Assembly (NCBI GenBank): GCA_963797095.1
Contig: CAWCNY010000001.1
Span: 384,001-448,000 of the forward strand
Length of the DNA stretch: 64,000 bases
Direction: 5' to 3'
From: an uncultured Chloroflexia bacterium
GTDB lineage: Bacteria > Chloroflexota > Chloroflexia > QHBQ01 > JADMIH01
In this document: in pieces, positions 60,589 through 64,000 of the stretch
Numbering within the stretch: position 1 is the first letter of the stretch
Layout of the letters: each line of letters begins with the position of its first letter
Program-made: the position numbers and the translations under genes
Notes under the pieces: generated by a model
What the model saw: the letters and a program-made list of their open reading frames with translations, nothing else
The model's database searches: none
What the model was told of the DNA's origin: nothing

Positions 60589-61476
60589 TCAGAGGCGCGA
60601 TTCACCACGCGCGTGTAAGCGCCGCTCGATGTCGTCCGCCATCAACTTTACTGCCTCCGGCGAGAACTGAAAGAACAATGACGGCTCGATTAACTCAAGC
60701 TCCATCAGCCTGAGCCTCCCTTGATCGTCGGGTGCTATGTCTATGCGAGCATAAAGTGGAATCTCTATAAGCACGTCCAGCACACCCACCGCGAAGTCGA
60801 TCTCCTCCGGCATGGCCTGGGCGGGTCGGCTTGCGTGTTCCATTTCGTCGCCCATGAACGGCTCTGGCCGCCGCACCGCATGGGTGTATGCGCCGTCGAT
60901 GAAAATGAGCGATCTCTCACCGTAATCGTGTACAGATCGCATGAACGGCTGCACCATCAATTCTCTCGTGGGAAGCAGCCTCTCTATATGCGCCTCAGCC
61001 TTCTCAATCTCATTGGCCGGAAAAAGCGCGGTCTCGAAACTCGACGCCGACACCGAAGGCTTGATGACGAACCTGTCCCAATCTCTTTCCGATATTAGCG
61101 CGCCAATATTGACCTGCGTGCCGGCTTTCAGCCACTGTGTAGGTACCGTGTCTATCCCGCGCCTTTCAAGATCTCGTAAGTAGCACTTTTGAGAGTTCCA
61201 CCGAACCAACTCAGGCGCGTTCAATACTCGCGATTGCTCTTCAGCGCGGCTCAACCATGCCAGATACTCATCCAGCCGCAAGTGATAATCCCAGGTCTCC
61301 CTTATCAGGCAAAGGGAAGGTTTGGACCAATCCACCATGGGGTCATCCCATACCAGAGGCGCGACCGCGACCCCGCGCGCCTGCAACTCCCTGAGCAGGA
61401 GCAAATCGTCCTCTACAAGATCGGGGAGTGCGGCACAAGTTACAAATGCGACATCCATCTCCCACCGTTCTCCCAC
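60589..61476 (-). CDS. ATP-grasp ligase (RimK/glutathione-synthetase-like, DcsG-type)
   Basis: RETWDY, WNSQKCYL, VIKPSVSA, MVQPF..GE.S, YARID, LMELELIEPSLF. Confidence 0.88.
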   Translation of the reverse strand: MGERWEMDVAFVTCAALPDLVEDDLLLLRELQARGVAVAPLVWDDPMVDWSKPSLCLIRETWDYHLRLDEYLAWLSRAEEQSRVLNAPELVRWNSQKCYLRDLERRGIDTVPTQWLKAGTQVNIGALISERDWDRFVIKPSVSASSFETALFPANEIEKAEAHIERLLPTRELMVQPFMRSVHDYGERSLIFIDGAYTHAVRRPEPFMGDEMEHASRPAQAMPEEIDFAVGVLDVLIEIPLYARIDIAPDDQGRLRLMELELIEPSLFFQFSPEAVKLMADDIERRLHARGESRL

Positions 61477-61539
61477 CGCTACCGCAACATATATATCCGT
61501 CGTTTATCTTTCGTCTTTCGTAGTCCGTCTCGCAGACAA

Positions 61540-61577
61540 ACAGAAACCCCAGACGGTCCTGACGGATCTTCTGGGGG
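61540..61577 (-). terminator. Intrinsic terminator-like hairpin in the leader of the ATP-grasp gene
   Basis: CCCCAGAAGATCC-GTCA-GGACCGTCTGGGG followed by TTTCTGTTT. Confidence 0.6.
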
Positions 61578-61629
61578 CCTGTTAGTCTTTAGAAACAGAC
61601 CCGAAAGCCTAATTCCTTCGACTGATTTG

Positions 61630-61658
61630 AGTATATGGCAGTGGGGCGTGCGTGTCAA
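61630..61658 (-). promoter_or_regulatory. Near-consensus sigma70 promoter
   Basis: TTGACA-17 nt-TATACT. Confidence 0.8.
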
Positions 61659-61748
61659 CGACTAATCGCGATAGTTTTCCCCAATGCCGTCATTGTTGGA
61701 AGGGGCTACGCATCTACCCGCAACCACCAATCGCCAACCGGCAACTGA

Positions 61749-63578
61749 CTACCGGCTGACGCTCTTCATCATCCCGGCAACCCGGTCGCGTTCGTGCTTG
61801 GAAAGGAGACGCTTGCGAATGCGGAAGGTCTTGGGTGTGACCTCCAGCAGCTCGTCGTCGGCAAGGAACTCGATGGCGTCGTCCAGGGAGAGAACGCGGG
61901 GCGGCTCAAGCCTGATAGCCTCCTCGGCTGTGCTGTTCCGCATATTGGTCAGGTGCTTCTTCTTACAGACGTTCACCTCAAGGTCGCGCTCGCGGATATG
62001 CTGGCCCACGACCATCCCCTCGTACACGTCAACACCAGAACCCAGGAACAACTGGCCTCTCTCCTGCGCGGTGTTGAGGCCGTAGCTTGACGTTAGGCCG
62101 GTCTCCCAGGCGATCAGCGAGCCAAGTTCGCGAGTAGTGACCGGCCCGGACAAAGGCCCGTAGCCCGCGAACAGCGTGTTGACGATCCCCTGGCCGCGAG
62201 TGCGCGTCAGGAACGACTGCCGGAAGCCCAGCAGACCTCTCGTGGGCACTTTGTAGACGTAGTGCACCGAGCCATCGTCTCGGTACTTCATGTCGATCAA
62301 GGTGCCCCGGCGCTGGCCCATCATCTCGACCACCACGCCCGCCGCCTCCTGAGCTACCTCGATCTCGGCCTGCTCGTAAGGCTCCAGCTTGTGGCCGTCC
62401 TCTTCGTGAAAGATCACTTCTGGCTTGGATACCTGGAACTCGTAGCCTTCGCGACGCATGGTCTCAACCAGGATCGCCAGGTGCAATTCGCCTCTACCGC
62501 TTACCAGGAAGGTGTCGGCGCTGTCGGTGTCGGCCACGCGAAGCGCCACGTCACGCTGTAGCTCGTTGTACAGTCGCTCGCGAATCTGGCGGCTGGTAAC
62601 GAATTTACCGTCGCGCCCGGCGAAGGGGCTGTTGTTCACGCCGAAGCTCATCCTGACAGTCGGCTCTTCAACCTTGATAGGTGGGAGGGCCTGGGGGTCA
62701 CTCGCGTCTGCTATCGTTTCACCGATATTGATGTCGGTTATTCCTGCCACCGCCACAATATCACCGGCCTGAACCTCGTCCACCTCGGTGCGGGTCAGCC
62801 CCTGGAACGTGAAAACCTGTGTGACCTTCGCTAGCGACATATCCCCCTGATGGTCAACTCGCATAACAGACTGAGCCCTGTGCAACTTACCCGCATGCAG
62901 GCGGCCTACCGCGATCTTCCCCTTGTATTCGTCGTATATAGTTGCCGTTACAAGCATCTGGGCGGGGTCGTCGGGCCGCACTTCGGGGGCGGGTATGGTC
63001 TCCAGGATCGCCTCGAACAGCGGTTCGAGGGTCGGCCCCATGTGATTGTGGTCCGTGCCGGACTCGCCGGTGAGGGCATTTGTATAGATCACGGCGAACT
63101 CGGCCTGTTCCTCACTCGCGCCCAGGTCGAGAAACAGATCAAACGTTTCGTTGAGCACATGGTTAGGCCGGGCATTGGCCCTGTCTATCTTGTTGATCAC
63201 CAGGATCGCCCTGTGGCCTCGCTGTAGCGCCTGCCTCAACACAAATTTGGTCTGCGGCATTGGCCCCTCGACCGCATCAACCAGCAGAAGCACACCGTCC
63301 ACCATGTTCATCACGCGCTCTACCTCGCCTCCGAAGTCGGCATGGCCCGGCGTGTCCACGATGTTGATTTTGCGACCATGGTAAACGACGGCGGTGTTCT
63401 TCGCCATGATAGTGATGCCGCGCTCGCGTTCGAGGGCGTTGGAGTCCATAACCCGCTCGGCCACCTGCTGGTTCTCGCGGAAGATGTGGCTCTGCTTGAG
63501 CATGGCATCAACCAGGGTGGTCTTGCCGTGGTCTACGTGCGCTATTATCGCTATATTTCTGATATCGTCTCTTCGCAT
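61749..63578 (-). CDS. typA: Translational GTPase TypA/BipA
   Basis: [61 protein letters not shown]. Confidence 0.98.
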   Translation of the reverse strand: MRRDDIRNIAIIAHVDHGKTTLVDAMLKQSHIFRENQQVAERVMDSNALERERGITIMAKNTAVVYHGRKINIVDTPGHADFGGEVERVMNMVDGVLLLVDAVEGPMPQTKFVLRQALQRGHRAILVINKIDRANARPNHVLNETFDLFLDLGASEEQAEFAVIYTNALTGESGTDHNHMGPTLEPLFEAILETIPAPEVRPDDPAQMLVTATIYDEYKGKIAVGRLHAGKLHRAQSVMRVDHQGDMSLAKVTQVFTFQGLTRTEVDEVQAGDIVAVAGITDINIGETIADASDPQALPPIKVEEPTVRMSFGVNNSPFAGRDGKFVTSRQIRERLYNELQRDVALRVADTDSADTFLVSGRGELHLAILVETMRREGYEFQVSKPEVIFHEEDGHKLEPYEQAEIEVAQEAAGVVVEMMGQRRGTLIDMKYRDDGSVHYVYKVPTRGLLGFRQSFLTRTRGQGIVNTLFAGYGPLSGPVTTRELGSLIAWETGLTSSYGLNTAQERGQLFLGSGVDVYEGMVVGQHIRERDLEVNVCKKKHLTNMRNSTAEEAIRLEPPRVLSLDDAIEFLADDELLEVTPKTFRIRKRLLSKHERDRVAGMMKSVSR

Positions 63579-63596
63579 TCTCTTTTTCTTACCCCA

Positions 63597-63651
63597 CAAA
63601 AAAGCCCCGTTCCGACGGGGCACTGATTCCTGTCATCCTGTAATTATACCA
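63597..63651 (-). promoter_or_regulatory. typA extended -10 promoter and 5'-UTR hairpin with U-tract
   Basis: TGgTATAAT (63643-63651); GCCCCGT-CGGA-ACGGGGC-TTTTTT. Confidence 0.55.
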
Positions 63652-63816
63652 GATTCGGTTGTTTGTCGTGAAAGGATCGATGTCTGGAGTGTTTGCGCTA
63701 CATATCCCTTAGAATACAATAAGTGAAAACCACCCACACAACGGCAAATCTAGACGAACAAGCCTGCCTACTGTAAAGTGTTGTGTAGTGTGTGCATAAT
63801 GCAAAGGAGGCAGGAA

Positions 63817-64000
63817 ATGACAACATCGGCAGCGGACCTGCGGGAATACGATGTAACAGCAGATACTACCGCTACACCGGGGCGCGTGCTTTGCAGCGTG
63901 CGCAATCACCATGTGATCATTGATGGTCCAGTGCAGAACGGTTTTCCGGGTGAGGAAATGACCCCGCCTGAGCAATTTTTGTCGGCTGTGGCGGCCTGCG
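63817..64000 (+). CDS. OsmC/Ohr-family protein, runs off window end
   Basis: GGAGG RBS; MTTSAADLREY..RNHHVIIDGP..G..GEEMTPPEQFLSAVAAC. Confidence 0.75.
   Translation, partial: MTTSAADLREYDVTADTTATPGRVLCSVRNHHVIIDGPVQNGFPGEEMTPPEQFLSAVAAC

Noticed and set aside
1-64000. Numerous 60-300 aa ORFs overlapping called genes; rRNA/tRNA genes
   Set aside because: Shadow ORFs typical of GC-rich DNA with no motifs; no tRNA cloverleaf or rRNA signature noticed

Overview
Bacterial window, most likely Chloroflexota. This is inferred from the SLH repeats of the FEDxPPGSxFY type, an MPRTG sorting signal, GG-F-GYPI/QYFEKAxLE repeats and many leaderless genes. Two exopolysaccharide (EPS) gene blocks (4.8-8.5 kb and 53.4-60.2 kb) plus typA bracket a ~45 kb mosaic accessory region. 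That region holds a c-di-GMP phosphorelay, a DsrE/TusA/flavoenzyme cluster with BTAD and LuxR regulators, two VapC toxin-antitoxin pairs and small detoxification-type genes. It is also dense in mobile DNA: four IS6, two IS3, ISL3, IS481 and ISKra4 remnants, an IS200/IS605 tnpA-tnpB element, two MITEs, and one complete plus three fragmentary group II introns. Highlights: (i) an ORF-less 313-bp IS200/IS605-type element (37240-37552) with its own promoter and a ~220-nt structured omegaRNA-like transcript; it shares its right end with the nearby tnpA-tnpB element and inserted so that it swapped the host gene's TAA stop for its own TGA; (ii) a group II intron inside an IS3 that abuts the stump of another group II intron; (iii) a candidate new leader RNA/attenuator upstream of an ATP-grasp gene; (iv) an O-antigen-ligase/Wzy protein fused to Chloroflexota surface repeats. 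No CRISPR array, rRNA or tRNA was seen. All family calls come from motif recognition by eye, not database searches.
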